Source of the DNA: Spirochaetia bacterium | Lineage (GTDB): Bacteria; Spirochaetota; Spirochaetia; CADAEX01 | DNA: 64,000 nt | Reading direction: 5' to 3' | Assembly: GCA_045606105.1 (NCBI GenBank) | Contig: JAZURI010000010.1 | Coordinates: forward strand, 83,726-147,725 | Shown here: piece by piece, positions 19,011-28,550 of the stretch | Numbering within the stretch: position 1 is the stretch's first letter | How the letters are laid out: every line of letters starts with the position of its first letter | The notes under the pieces: model-generated | The model's input: only the letters and a program-made list of their open reading frames with translations | Database searches by the model: none | What the model was told of the DNA's origin: nothing | Made by a program: the position numbers and the translations under genes

Positions 19011-21476
19011 TTATTCTTCGCTTTCCAGTTCCTCGCCCTGCTTTGAAACCTTGGCAATACTTATAATGTAATCTCCCTCATTGACATTGACGATTCTTAC
19101 ACCCATGGCATTCCTTCCCTGCTCGGAAATCTCCTTGACCTTAACCTTCAGGGTATTACCGTGGAATGTAATGCACATAAGCTCATCATCCTCTGTTACG
19201 GAAACCACGCCGGCCACGGAACCGGTCTTCTCGCTTACGGAATAGACACGCTGTCCCTTTGTGGATCTGCCGTGGGCCTTAAAAAGGTCGCAGTCCACTC
19301 TCTTGCCGTATCCCTGCTCGGACATGACAAGCATGAGAGAGTTTTCACCTACTGTGATGATTCCGGCAACCTGGTCTCCATCAGGAAGATTCATTCCCTT
19401 AACACCAACTGCGGTTCTTCCCATAGGACGAACTGCGCTTTCACTGTATCTGAGGGCGTTTCCTGATGTGGAAACAACCATGATATCATCTTTTCCGGAA
19501 GTAAGGACTGCACTTACGAGACGGTCTCCTTCCTTGAAATCGAGAGCTCTGATACCCTTTCTTCTGGCATTTCTGAAAGCGCTTGTAGCCACCTTCTTTA
19601 CAACACCCTGGGCTGTTCCCATGAAGATGAAGGAATCTTCGCTGAAGTCCTTCAGGGAAATTACTGCCTCAATCTCCTCTCCGGTCTCCATGCTGAACAT
19701 GGCTCTGGCCAATGCACCTCTGGAATTCTTGCCGGCCTCCGGAATCTCATGAACCTTGAGCCAGTATGCACGGCCCATGGAGGTGATGAAAAGGATATAG
19801 TCGTGGGTGGATGCAATGAAAAGATGCTCCACAAAGTCCTCGTTTCTCAGCTTTGAAGCCATGGAGCCCTTTCCTCCGCGCCCCTGGTTCTTGTAGGATG
19901 TCATGGCCACTCTCTTGATAAAGCCTTTCTTTGAAAGGAGAACTGCCATGTCTTCCTTGTTTATCATATCCTCGGCATTGAACTGCTCCAGCTCATCAAA
20001 AACAACCTCTGTCCTTCTTTCGTCTCCGAAGCGGTCTGCAATGTCGTTGGTTTCTTCCTTCACTATAGCCAGAATCTTCTCGTGGTGGGCAAGGAGATCG
20101 TTCAGATGGGCAATCAGAGCCCTCAGCTCCTCCATCTCCTTCCTGAGCTCATCAATCTGCAGATGGGTAAGGCTTCTGAGTCTCATGTCAACGATAGCCT
20201 GAGCCTGGACATCATCGAAGCCGAACCTTTCCATAAGGCCGTTCTTTGCATCCTGTACATCAAGGCTTCCGCGGATGATTCTTACTACCTCGTCAATGTT
20301 GTCAACAGCTACAATAAGAGCCTCCAGAATGTGGGCCCTTTCCATGGCCTTTCTGAGCTCATATCTTGTCCTGCGGGTTACAACCTGGTCCCTGTGCTTT
20401 ACGAAATAACATATAAGTTCTTTTAGTGTAAGGATTTGCGGCCTTCCGTCCACCAGTGCAAGATTAATGACACCAAAGTTGGACTGAAGGTCTGTCTTTA
20501 CAAAAAGCTGGTTGAGAACTGTTCTCGGATTCATTCCTCTCTTGAGGCCGATAACAATACGCATACCTGCCCTGTCGGAGGTTTCGTCGTTGGCATCTGT
20601 AATTCCGTCCAGCTGCTTTGCCTTTACCAGATCCTTGATCTTCTTGATGATATTGGTGGTGTTGACACCGTAAGGAACCTCTGTGAAAACAATGGATTCC
20701 TTGCCGTTCTTGGCTTCCTCTATAGTATATTTGGAGCGGATGACTATCTTACCGCGCCCGGTCCTGTAGGCCTGCTTATAGCCTGATGTTCCGTAGATGA
20801 CACCCCCGGTAGGGAAATCAGGTCCCTTCACATAGTTCAGGAGCTCATCGGTAGTGATATCGGGATTATCGATATATGCGGCTGTGGCAGCTGCAATTTC
20901 ACGGAGGTTATGAGGCGGCATGTTGGTTGCCATACCTACTGCAATACCTGTGGTACCGTTACAGAGAAGGAACGGGAACTTTGCAGGAAGGATTGTAGGC
21001 TCCTTCACGGTCTCATCGAAGTTAGGAGACATATCCACAGTCTCCTTATCGATATCCTTTACCATCTCCTCAGCAATTTTGGCCATCTTGGCCTCTGTAT
21101 ACCTGTATGCGGCTGCAGGGTCACCTGCAATGGTACCGAAGTTACCCTGCGGTGTGATTACCGTATATCTCTGGGCAAAATCCTGTCCAAGACGAACAAG
21201 GGCATCATATACGGAGGCATCTCCGTGCGGATGATACTTACCGAGCACGTCACCGACAATCTTTGCACATTTTCTGGTAGGTCCGCTGTTTACAAGATGA
21301 AGCTCATCCATGGCATAGAGAATACGGCGGTGAACCGGCTTCAGGCCGTCACGGACATCAGGCAGGGCCCTCTGCACGATAACAGACATGGAATAATCTA
21401 TGTATGCCTGCTTTACCTCGGCTTCAATAGGAATCTGTATAAGTGTTCCACCTTCCGGTGTCAGAATTTCTTCCAT
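19011..21476 (-). CDS. gyrA: DNA gyrase subunit A
   Basis: DVRDGLKPVHRR, YHPHGD, AAYRYTE, GyrA-box QGRGGKG. Confidence 0.96.
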   Translation of the reverse strand: MEEILTPEGGTLIQIPIEAEVKQAYIDYSMSVIVQRALPDVRDGLKPVHRRILYAMDELHLVNSGPTRKCAKIVGDVLGKYHPHGDASVYDALVRLGQDFAQRYTVITPQGNFGTIAGDPAAAYRYTEAKMAKIAEEMVKDIDKETVDMSPNFDETVKEPTILPAKFPFLLCNGTTGIAVGMATNMPPHNLREIAAATAAYIDNPDITTDELLNYVKGPDFPTGGVIYGTSGYKQAYRTGRGKIVIRSKYTIEEAKNGKESIVFTEVPYGVNTTNIIKKIKDLVKAKQLDGITDANDETSDRAGMRIVIGLKRGMNPRTVLNQLFVKTDLQSNFGVINLALVDGRPQILTLKELICYFVKHRDQVVTRRTRYELRKAMERAHILEALIVAVDNIDEVVRIIRGSLDVQDAKNGLMERFGFDDVQAQAIVDMRLRSLTHLQIDELRKEMEELRALIAHLNDLLAHHEKILAIVKEETNDIADRFGDERRTEVVFDELEQFNAEDMINKEDMAVLLSKKGFIKRVAMTSYKNQGRGGKGSMASKLRNEDFVEHLFIASTHDYILFITSMGRAYWLKVHEIPEAGKNSRGALARAMFSMETGEEIEAVISLKDFSEDSFIFMGTAQGVVKKVATSAFRNARRKGIRALDFKEGDRLVSAVLTSGKDDIMVVSTSGNALRYSESAVRPMGRTAVGVKGMNLPDGDQVAGIITVGENSLMLVMSEQGYGKRVDCDLFKAHGRSTKGQRVYSVSEKTGSVAGVVSVTEDDELMCITFHGNTLKVKVKEISEQGRNAMGVRIVNVNEGDYIISIAKVSKQGEELESEE

Positions 21477-21492
21477 TTTATTTCCTCATCCA

Positions 21493-23421
21493 TCAAACAT
21501 CCAGTTTGGCGTAAACTGCGTTTTCTTCGATAAATCTTCTTCTAGGCTCAACTTCCTCGCCCATGCAGACTGTAAAGATCCTGTCTGCAGCCTCTGCATC
21601 CGGAATTGTAACCACCTTCATCTTTCTTCTGGTAGGGTCCATTGTTGTTTCCCAGAGCTGTGTACCGTCCATCTCACCGAGACCCTTGTATCTCTGTACA
21701 TTGGCACGGCTTCTGTTTTCTCCCAGCTTGGCCAGCTCTGCTTCCCTCTCCTCTTCGGTGTAGACATATACAGGCTTGCTTTTTCCCAGCTGAACCTTGT
21801 AGAGAGGCGGCATTGCCAGATAGACATAACCGTTTTCGATAAGCTCAGGCATGTACCTGAAGAAGAAGGTCAGGAGAAGTGTCCTGATATGGCTTCCGTC
21901 AACGTCGGCATCGGCCATGATGATGATCTTGTGGTAACGGAGCTTTTCTATGTTGAAGGTCTCGCCGAAGCCTGCACCCAGGGTTGCGATAACCGGTTCA
22001 AGTTTGTCATTGTTCATTACCTTGTCGGCCTTGACCTTTTCTACATTGAGCATTTTTCCCCAGAGCGGAAGAATAGCCTGTGTACGGCTGTCCCTTCCCT
22101 TCTTTGCAGATCCTCCCGCACTGTCTCCCTCAACGATATATACCTCGCAGATTTCAGGATCCTTGAGTGAGCAGTCGGAAAGCTTCTCCGGAAGTCCGAA
22201 GCCGTCTGCAAACGATTTTTTCCTGAGGGCATCCTTGGCCTTTCTGGCTGCAATACGGGCAGAGGCCTCGCTTACGGCCTTATCCAGGATCTTGTCCAGA
22301 ACATCGGGATTAAGTTCAAAGAAATTATTCAGCTGATCCTTCACCAGGGAATCAACTATTCCCCTTACCTCGGTATTACCCAGCTTTTCCTTTGTCTGTC
22401 CCTCAAATTCAGGATTTGGAACCTTCATGGAAAGAATAACAACTACTCCGGCCCTTACATCCTCGCCGGTAAGCTTTTCTTCCTTTTCCAGCTTCTTCTT
22501 GAGCTTTTCCTTGGAATCCAGCGCCTTGTTGAGAACATAGGTAAGAGCTGACTTGAAGCCGTCCAGATGGGTTCCTCCCTCTCTGGTATTGATATCGTTT
22601 ACATAAGTATTGATGTTTTCGCTGTATAAATCGTTGTACTGAAGGGCAAGCTCGGTAACCACGCCGGCCTTCTCCCCTGTGATATATATAGGGTTTTCGG
22701 GAAGGAAGAACTTGCTGTTGGTTCTGCTGTTTATCTGCTTTACATATTCTACGATACCGCCTTCATAGCGGATGGTCTCCTCTTTGGCAGATTCGTCCCT
22801 TTCATCCTTGAAAAGAATGGTGATGCCGCTGTTGAGGAATGCAAGCTCGCAGAGACGCTTCCTGAGTGTATCGTATTCATGGTAGGTGGTTTCCTTGAAA
22901 ATGGTGCTGTCCGGCTTCCAGCGGATGGTGGTTCCGTGGCTGTCGGTTTCTCCCACAATTTCTACCTGTGTTACTGAGGAGCCTCTGGAATAGCGCTGCC
23001 TGTAGACATGTCCGTCTCTCCGTACTTCTGCCTCAAGCCATTCGGAAAGGGCGTTTACACAGCTTACACCTACACCGTGAAGACCTCCGGACACTTTATA
23101 GGAGCCCTTGTCGAATTTTCCGCCGGCATGAAGCTGGGTAAGAACTACCTCGAGAGCGCTTTTATGTTCGTCCTGCTGTTCATCCACAGGAATACCGCGG
23201 CCGTTATCCTCCACACGGACAATATCGTCGTTTTCCAGTGCTACGGTAATCGTATCACAGTAACCGGCCATGGCTTCGTCAATGCTGTTATCTATAACTT
23301 CGTATACAAGGTGATGAAGCCCTGCAGATCCGGTAGAACCGATGTACATACCGGGACGTTTTCTGACAGGATCCAACCCCTTGAGTACCTGAATATTCTG
23401 CGCAGAATATTTGTTTTCCAT
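21493..23421 (-). CDS. gyrB: DNA gyrase subunit B
   Basis: VRKRPGMYIG, GGLHGVG, VEGDSAGG, DADVDG, RYKGLGEM; true start is ATG 23421 (MENKYSAQNIQ); the ORF-track extension runs through the origin. Confidence 0.96.
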   Translation of the reverse strand: MENKYSAQNIQVLKGLDPVRKRPGMYIGSTGSAGLHHLVYEVIDNSIDEAMAGYCDTITVALENDDIVRVEDNGRGIPVDEQQDEHKSALEVVLTQLHAGGKFDKGSYKVSGGLHGVGVSCVNALSEWLEAEVRRDGHVYRQRYSRGSSVTQVEIVGETDSHGTTIRWKPDSTIFKETTYHEYDTLRKRLCELAFLNSGITILFKDERDESAKEETIRYEGGIVEYVKQINSRTNSKFFLPENPIYITGEKAGVVTELALQYNDLYSENINTYVNDINTREGGTHLDGFKSALTYVLNKALDSKEKLKKKLEKEEKLTGEDVRAGVVVILSMKVPNPEFEGQTKEKLGNTEVRGIVDSLVKDQLNNFFELNPDVLDKILDKAVSEASARIAARKAKDALRKKSFADGFGLPEKLSDCSLKDPEICEVYIVEGDSAGGSAKKGRDSRTQAILPLWGKMLNVEKVKADKVMNNDKLEPVIATLGAGFGETFNIEKLRYHKIIIMADADVDGSHIRTLLLTFFFRYMPELIENGYVYLAMPPLYKVQLGKSKPVYVYTEEEREAELAKLGENRSRANVQRYKGLGEMDGTQLWETTMDPTRRKMKVVTIPDAEAADRIFTVCMGEEVEPRRRFIEENAVYAKLDV

Positions 23422-23547
23422 CACTCTTCCTTCAATATTACTATTGTATAAAAAGTATATATTTTTATCTTGCAAATAGCAACTCTTTGATTTAAAATTT
23501 AATTGTGTTTTTGAAGAAAATCCCTGAAAAAGGGCTTTTGTACCAAA

Positions 23548-23734
23548 TGTGAATAAACTGTGGAAAACTTTTTTAAAACATGCTATAAAAAGGTAATTCC
23601 GCATAATTGACAGAGGATTATTTTTAAAGCCTTATAAAGGCTTATATAGAAAGAAATTAAACTGCTTCAAAACACGAGAAGAAAATAGTGAAAAAAAACA
23701 GGATTTCACCCGATTGTGAATAACCTGTGGAAAA
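23548..23734. promoter_or_regulatory. oriC part 1: two tandem DnaA-box pairs upstream of dnaA
   Basis: TGTGAATAA-NN-TGTGGAAAA at 23548-23567 and 23715-23734 (reverse complements TTATTCACA and TTTTCCACA). Confidence 0.8.
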
Positions 23735-23749
23735 AGGAAATAAAGTATT

Positions 23750-25120
23750 ATGTATAAGCCATTTTGGGACCAAACTCTCATAACGATTAAACAGACAATT
23801 TCTCCCGAAGAATATAACATGTGGTTCGTCCCTGTTTCCTATGCTTCCACCGAGAACAACAAGATTACCCTTAATGTTCCCAGCGAGTTTTTCCGCGACC
23901 AGATTACGGATAAATATCTTAAGCTGATTGAGAATACATTTGAGGATCTTGCCGGCAAGAAGATATCATTTTCCTTTGTTATCAACAAGAAAAACAACGA
24001 GGAAAAAGATTACAGAAAGGCATCGGAAATCCTGGATAAGGCAAAGCTTTCCGACGGATCGGAGCTGGTTGCAAAAAAAAGCCATCCTGATTTAAAGGAA
24101 GAATTCAATTTCGACAGTTTCGTGGTAGGACCGAGCAATGATTACGCATATAATGCGGCGGTAGCCATCTCATCCGCACCGGGAAAACAGTATAACCCGT
24201 TCTTCATCTACGGCGGCGTAGGACTGGGAAAAACCCACCTTCTCCATGCCATCGGAAATTCTGTTTATGAAAAATTCCCTAACAAGAAGATAATTCTGAT
24301 TACAGCGGAAAATTTCACCAACGAATTTATCTCTTCAATTAACTCAAAGAAGACATCAAGCTTCAAGAACAAGTACAGAAATGCTGATGTACTGCTTATC
24401 GACGATATTCACTTCTTTCAGGACAAGCAGGGAGTCCAGGAGGAGCTTTTCAATACCTTCAATGCTCTCTACGATGCCAAGAAGCAGATGGTATTTACCA
24501 GTGACAGACCCCCTTCCGAGCTGAAGAACCTGACACCGAGAATGCAGAGCCGTTTCCAGATGGGGCTTACAATAGACCTCAAGATGCCGAATTATGAAAC
24601 CAAGATGGCCATCATGAGAAGCAAGGCTGCAGCAATAAAGATAAATGTGGAGGATGGTGTTCTCGAACTTATCTGCAAGAATATCAACACAAGCATACGC
24701 GACCTGGAATCGGCACTTCTTAATGTAGCTGCCTATTCAAAGATGCTGAAGAAGGATGTTACAACCGCCATTGCCAGTGATATTCTTTCATATCTTTTCA
24801 TGGATAAGAAACAGGGAAATCTTTCGGTAGATACCATAATCAGGGCAGTTGCAGAATATTTCAACATTTCCGCTTCAGATATAAGAGGAAAGAAAAGAAC
24901 CAAGAAAATAGTGATGCCGCGTCATATTTCCATGTATATAACAAGAGATATGACAGAGCTTTCCACTTCAGAAATAGGAAACGAATTCGGAGGAAGAGAC
25001 CACACTTCCGTAATCCATGCTCTCCAGAAGGTGGAGGCTGAGATGAAAATGGATATGACTCTGGAGACAGTAATCCAGAAAATTGAAGACAAACTCAGCA
25101 AAAATGTGGGAAACAGTTGA
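23750..25120 (+). CDS. dnaA: Chromosomal replication initiator DnaA
   Basis: YNPFFIYGGVGLGKTHL, LLIDDI, GGRDHTSV. Confidence 0.97.
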   Translation: MYKPFWDQTLITIKQTISPEEYNMWFVPVSYASTENNKITLNVPSEFFRDQITDKYLKLIENTFEDLAGKKISFSFVINKKNNEEKDYRKASEILDKAKLSDGSELVAKKSHPDLKEEFNFDSFVVGPSNDYAYNAAVAISSAPGKQYNPFFIYGGVGLGKTHLLHAIGNSVYEKFPNKKIILITAENFTNEFISSINSKKTSSFKNKYRNADVLLIDDIHFFQDKQGVQEELFNTFNALYDAKKQMVFTSDRPPSELKNLTPRMQSRFQMGLTIDLKMPNYETKMAIMRSKAAAIKINVEDGVLELICKNINTSIRDLESALLNVAAYSKMLKKDVTTAIASDILSYLFMDKKQGNLSVDTIIRAVAEYFNISASDIRGKKRTKKIVMPRHISMYITRDMTELSTSEIGNEFGGRDHTSVIHALQKVEAEMKMDMTLETVIQKIEDKLSKNVGNS

Positions 25121-25274
25121 TAAAGTTGACAGAAAATAAGACTTATCAACATGAAAAAAACCTTATATATTAAGGACAAATTTTGATTTTTAACATTTAC
25201 CGGGTGATTACTATTACTTTTACTGATTTATACTAATAAATTAGTAGTTATTAATAACGGGAAAAGGGGAAAAC
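25121..25274. promoter_or_regulatory. oriC part 2: unwinding region with DnaA boxes, DnaA-trios and AT-rich DUE
   Basis: TTATCAACA 25143-25151, TTTTTAACA 25187-25195, GC patch CCGGGTG, trinucleotide tract TTA CTA TTA CTT TTA CTG 25208-25225, then AT-rich DNA. Confidence 0.75.
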
Positions 25275-26375
25275 ATGAAATTCAGATGCAATAAGAATTC
25301 AATACTTAACGAAATCTCAACAGCACAGGGAATTATTTCTTCAAGGAATAATTTATCCATTCTTTCCAATGTACTGCTGGAAGCCGGTAACGGAAGTCTC
25401 TGTATCAAGGCTACAGATCTCAAGATAGGTTTTGAAACCGTTATTCCCGTAGATGTAGAAGAACCGGGAAGTACAACCGTATTCTGTGACAAGCTTCTCG
25501 GAGTTCTCAGAACATTTCCCGAAGGTGATGTGATTTTTACTCTTGAAGGTGATAACTTTATAATTGATTCTGAATGTGAGGATTCAAATGTAAAGCTTAA
25601 GGTTATCGATTCCTCAAAGTTTCCTGAGCTTATCGAAACAGAGCAGGATAAATATTTTGAAATAGCTCAGGCCGATTTCCTGGATATGATAAACAATACA
25701 TCATTTGCAGTTTCCAATGATGAAAAGAAATTCTTCATGAACGGAGTTCTTCTGGAAAAAGGGGAAGATACACTTAATATGGTAGCTACCGACGGAAGAA
25801 GGCTTTCCGTAATCAGGAAAAAAACAGATATTCAGAACGATTTCAGAAACGTTATCATTCCGGTTAAGATTTTCGGAATCATAAAGAAGCTTGCATCCGG
25901 CGAAGGAAACATGAAGATAGCTGTTACCGAAAAATGCTTCTTTGCAGAATTTGACAACAACAAGATCTATACAACACTTATCGACGGAGTATTTCCTAAT
26001 TATTCAAAGGCTATTCCGACAGATCAGAAATTCACTGCCGTTATCAGCAGGAATACCTTCAGCAACGCCCTGAGCAGGGTATCGGTTTTTGCAGAACAGA
26101 AATCCAAGAAGATCTTCTTCAATTTCTCTCAGGATTCACTTCTTATTACCTCCGAAGAGAGCGATATCGGAGAAGCAAAGGTGAAGATGGAATGCGGCTA
26201 CAGAGGAGACGATATCAGGATTGCGGTGAATTATGTTCATTTCGCAGAACCTATAAAAGCCATGAAGGAAGAGGATGTCTCAATCCGGTTCTCCTCCACA
26301 AATACAGCCCTCACACTCAACAGCGTACCGGAAGGAGATTTTCTGCACGTTATAATGCCGATGCAGCAGCTTTGA
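25275..26375 (+). CDS. dnaN: DNA polymerase III beta clamp
   Basis: ATDL, VATDGRRL, FPNY, IMPM; follows dnaA. Confidence 0.95.
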   Translation: MKFRCNKNSILNEISTAQGIISSRNNLSILSNVLLEAGNGSLCIKATDLKIGFETVIPVDVEEPGSTTVFCDKLLGVLRTFPEGDVIFTLEGDNFIIDSECEDSNVKLKVIDSSKFPELIETEQDKYFEIAQADFLDMINNTSFAVSNDEKKFFMNGVLLEKGEDTLNMVATDGRRLSVIRKKTDIQNDFRNVIIPVKIFGIIKKLASGEGNMKIAVTEKCFFAEFDNNKIYTTLIDGVFPNYSKAIPTDQKFTAVISRNTFSNALSRVSVFAEQKSKKIFFNFSQDSLLITSEESDIGEAKVKMECGYRGDDIRIAVNYVHFAEPIKAMKEEDVSIRFSSTNTALTLNSVPEGDFLHVIMPMQQL

Positions 26376-26376
26376 T

Positions 26377-27447
26377 ATGTTTTTATCCGTAAGGGCATAC
26401 AATTTCAGGAACCTGGCCGACAGAACCGTGGATACGGATGCGGAGAACATCTATCTTATCGGGGAGAACGGTCAGGGAAAAAGCAATTTTCTCGAAATGG
26501 TCTACATCCTGTGCTTCGGGTCATCCTTCCGTACCAAGCAGGATAAGCTTCTCATACGGCAGGGCTCCGGCGACATGATGATCGAAGGGGATTTTCTGGA
26601 CAGGAATTCCATGAAAAACAACATTTCCTTCAGGATTGAAGAGGGAAAGAAAGAAATAAAGCAGAACGGAAAACCGGTCCGTGACAGAAAGGATCTTATA
26701 GAAAATATTCCCTGCATAGTCTACAAGCACGAGGATATCTATTTTGTAAACGGCACCCCGGACAAAAGAAGGCTTTTCTTCAATCAGGTAATGGGAATCT
26801 ACGATATTCCTTTCCTTATGTCTCTCCGCGAATACAACAGGATACTGAAAATGAGAAATGTGGTGCTGAAGGAAAACAGGCAGGAATATCTGCCGGTTCT
26901 TGACAGGCAGCTGACAGAGAAGGGTCTTGAGATACAGCAGAAAAGGAAACAGGCCACAGAGGAGTTCGCACCCCTGTTTTCAGAGGTTTTCCGGCAGGTT
27001 TCGGGAAGCGGCATGGATATCAGGCTCAGATATATTCCCTCCTGGGGAGACGACCCTGAAAGTCAGATAAGGAAGGAGAGAATCAGGGACCTGGAAACAG
27101 GTCTTACCAACAGCGGCCCTCACAGGGACCGTTTCTGCTTCTATATGTCTGACAGCGATTTTTCCAAGGTAGCCTCCACCGGCCAGTCCAGGCTGATAAC
27201 CCTGGCCATGCGCAATGCCCAGGCCTGCTTTTACAGCCGGAAAACAGGACGGAAGCCGGTTTTTCTCATAGATGATGTCCTTCTGGAGCTGGACAGGAAA
27301 AAGAGGATAAGGTTTACGGAGCAGCTGCCCGAATACGAACAGGCCTTCTTCACATATCTGCCGGGAGAGGAGATTCCCACAGGCCGGGGAAGGGAAAAAT
27401 TCTACGATGTAAAGGACGGATTCATAGATGAGCGCCAGGGCATTTGA
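26377..27447 (+). CDS. recF: DNA replication/repair protein RecF
   Basis: NFRNL, GENGQGKSN, GPHRD, STGQ, IDDVLLELD. Confidence 0.93.
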   Translation: MFLSVRAYNFRNLADRTVDTDAENIYLIGENGQGKSNFLEMVYILCFGSSFRTKQDKLLIRQGSGDMMIEGDFLDRNSMKNNISFRIEEGKKEIKQNGKPVRDRKDLIENIPCIVYKHEDIYFVNGTPDKRRLFFNQVMGIYDIPFLMSLREYNRILKMRNVVLKENRQEYLPVLDRQLTEKGLEIQQKRKQATEEFAPLFSEVFRQVSGSGMDIRLRYIPSWGDDPESQIRKERIRDLETGLTNSGPHRDRFCFYMSDSDFSKVASTGQSRLITLAMRNAQACFYSRKTGRKPVFLIDDVLLELDRKKRIRFTEQLPEYEQAFFTYLPGEEIPTGRGREKFYDVKDGFIDERQGI

Positions 27448-27724
27448 CGAGCTTCTGAAAAATTTCATGGATTCCCTGGGTATTCCCGAAAAGACCGTAA
27501 TAACGGAATGGGAGCGGCTGGCCGGAAAGGAGATGGCGGCACATGTCAGGGTTACCGACCTTTCGGGAGGCATTCTCAGGCTGGAGGCAGACCATCCGGG
27601 CTGGAGCCAGATAGTGAACCTGCAGAAGAAAGAGCTGCTTGAAAGGATAAACCGGGAGTTTCCCGATGAAAAAACAGTAAAAATTATGGTTGCTTTAGGA
27701 AAACATAGGCAGTGTGATAGTTGA
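27428..27724 (+). CDS. dciA: DUF721/DciA family helicase-loading factor
   Basis: 98 aa, W..LAG..MAAH...L.L.ADHPGWSQ pattern; typical position after recF. Confidence 0.75.
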   Translation: MSARAFDELLKNFMDSLGIPEKTVITEWERLAGKEMAAHVRVTDLSGGILRLEADHPGWSQIVNLQKKELLERINREFPDEKTVKIMVALGKHRQCDS

Positions 27725-27809
27725 CATTCAAACTGAATCTGAATTATATTGTTAACTCAAAGCAAAAAAATCTAACTAAGTTAGAAACTTATATAAGGAG
27801 TTTCTTGAT

Positions 27810-27977
27810 ATGAGAGGAACAGACAAAAGAACTTATCAGCCAAGTAAGGTAAAAAGAAACAGAAAATTCGGTTTCAGAGCAAGAATGAAAACTGTAGGCG
27901 GACGCCTTGTACTCATGAGAAGAAGACAGAAAGGCAGAAAAAAATTATCTGTTTGTGATGAGAAAAAGCCTTACTGA
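27810..27977 (+). CDS. rpmH: 50S ribosomal protein L34 (absent from ORF track)
   Basis: [55 protein letters not shown]; AAGGAG RBS. Confidence 0.95.
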   Translation: MRGTDKRTYQPSKVKRNRKFGFRARMKTVGGRLVLMRRRQKGRKKLSVCDEKKPY

Positions 27978-28305
27978 TAAAGAGCGTTTAAAAAAAACAG
28001 AAATAAAGCGGGTTTTTCGTGAAGCTGCAACAGCGAAATGTTTTGGGTATAAGATCCTGTATTGCAGAAACAATGCAGGATTGAACCGGATGGCGGTTAC
28101 CACCCCCAGAAACTATGGTAATGCGGTAGAAAGAAACAGGACCAAACGGATAGTAAAAGAAGTATACCGGAATATTAAGGAAAAAATAGTATTGGAGGGA
28201 TACGACTTTCTTTTTATTGTCTATAAAAAAAATCTGGAATATAAAGATACTTTTTTAGAGCTCTTCACTATCTGCAGACAAGCAGGTATTTTGAATGATT
28301 TTTAA
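27955..28305 (+). CDS. rnpA: Ribonuclease P protein component
   Basis: [14 protein letters not shown] (RNR motif); follows rpmH. Confidence 0.9.
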   Translation: MMRKSLTDKERLKKTEIKRVFREAATAKCFGYKILYCRNNAGLNRMAVTTPRNYGNAVERNRTKRIVKEVYRNIKEKIVLEGYDFLFIVYKKNLEYKDTFLELFTICRQAGILNDF

Positions 28306-28522
28306 TAAAATTGTAAAAAAAATTTTTTTATTTTTAATCTGGATATACCAGAAAACCATTTCACCTCTATTTCCGCCGTGTTGCAGATATATCCCTACAT
28401 GTTCGGCATATGCGGTTCAGGCAATCGAAAAATACGGACCATGGAAAGGTAGTTACCTTGCGGCCAGAAGGATACTGAGATGTCATCCCTTCCACGCCGG
28501 CGGTTACGATCCTGTCCCGTAA
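28295..28522 (+). CDS. yidD: Membrane protein insertion efficiency factor YidD
   Basis: [30 protein letters not shown]. Confidence 0.95.
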   Translation: MIFNKIVKKIFLFLIWIYQKTISPLFPPCCRYIPTCSAYAVQAIEKYGPWKGSYLAARRILRCHPFHAGGYDPVP

Positions 28523-28550
28523 CGTAAAAATAATTTAGGAGCTTTTATTT

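Noticed and set aside
23422-23604. 60-aa N-terminal extension of GyrB in the ORF track
   Set aside because: Runs through AT-rich origin DNA and DnaA boxes; homology begins at MENKY (23421)
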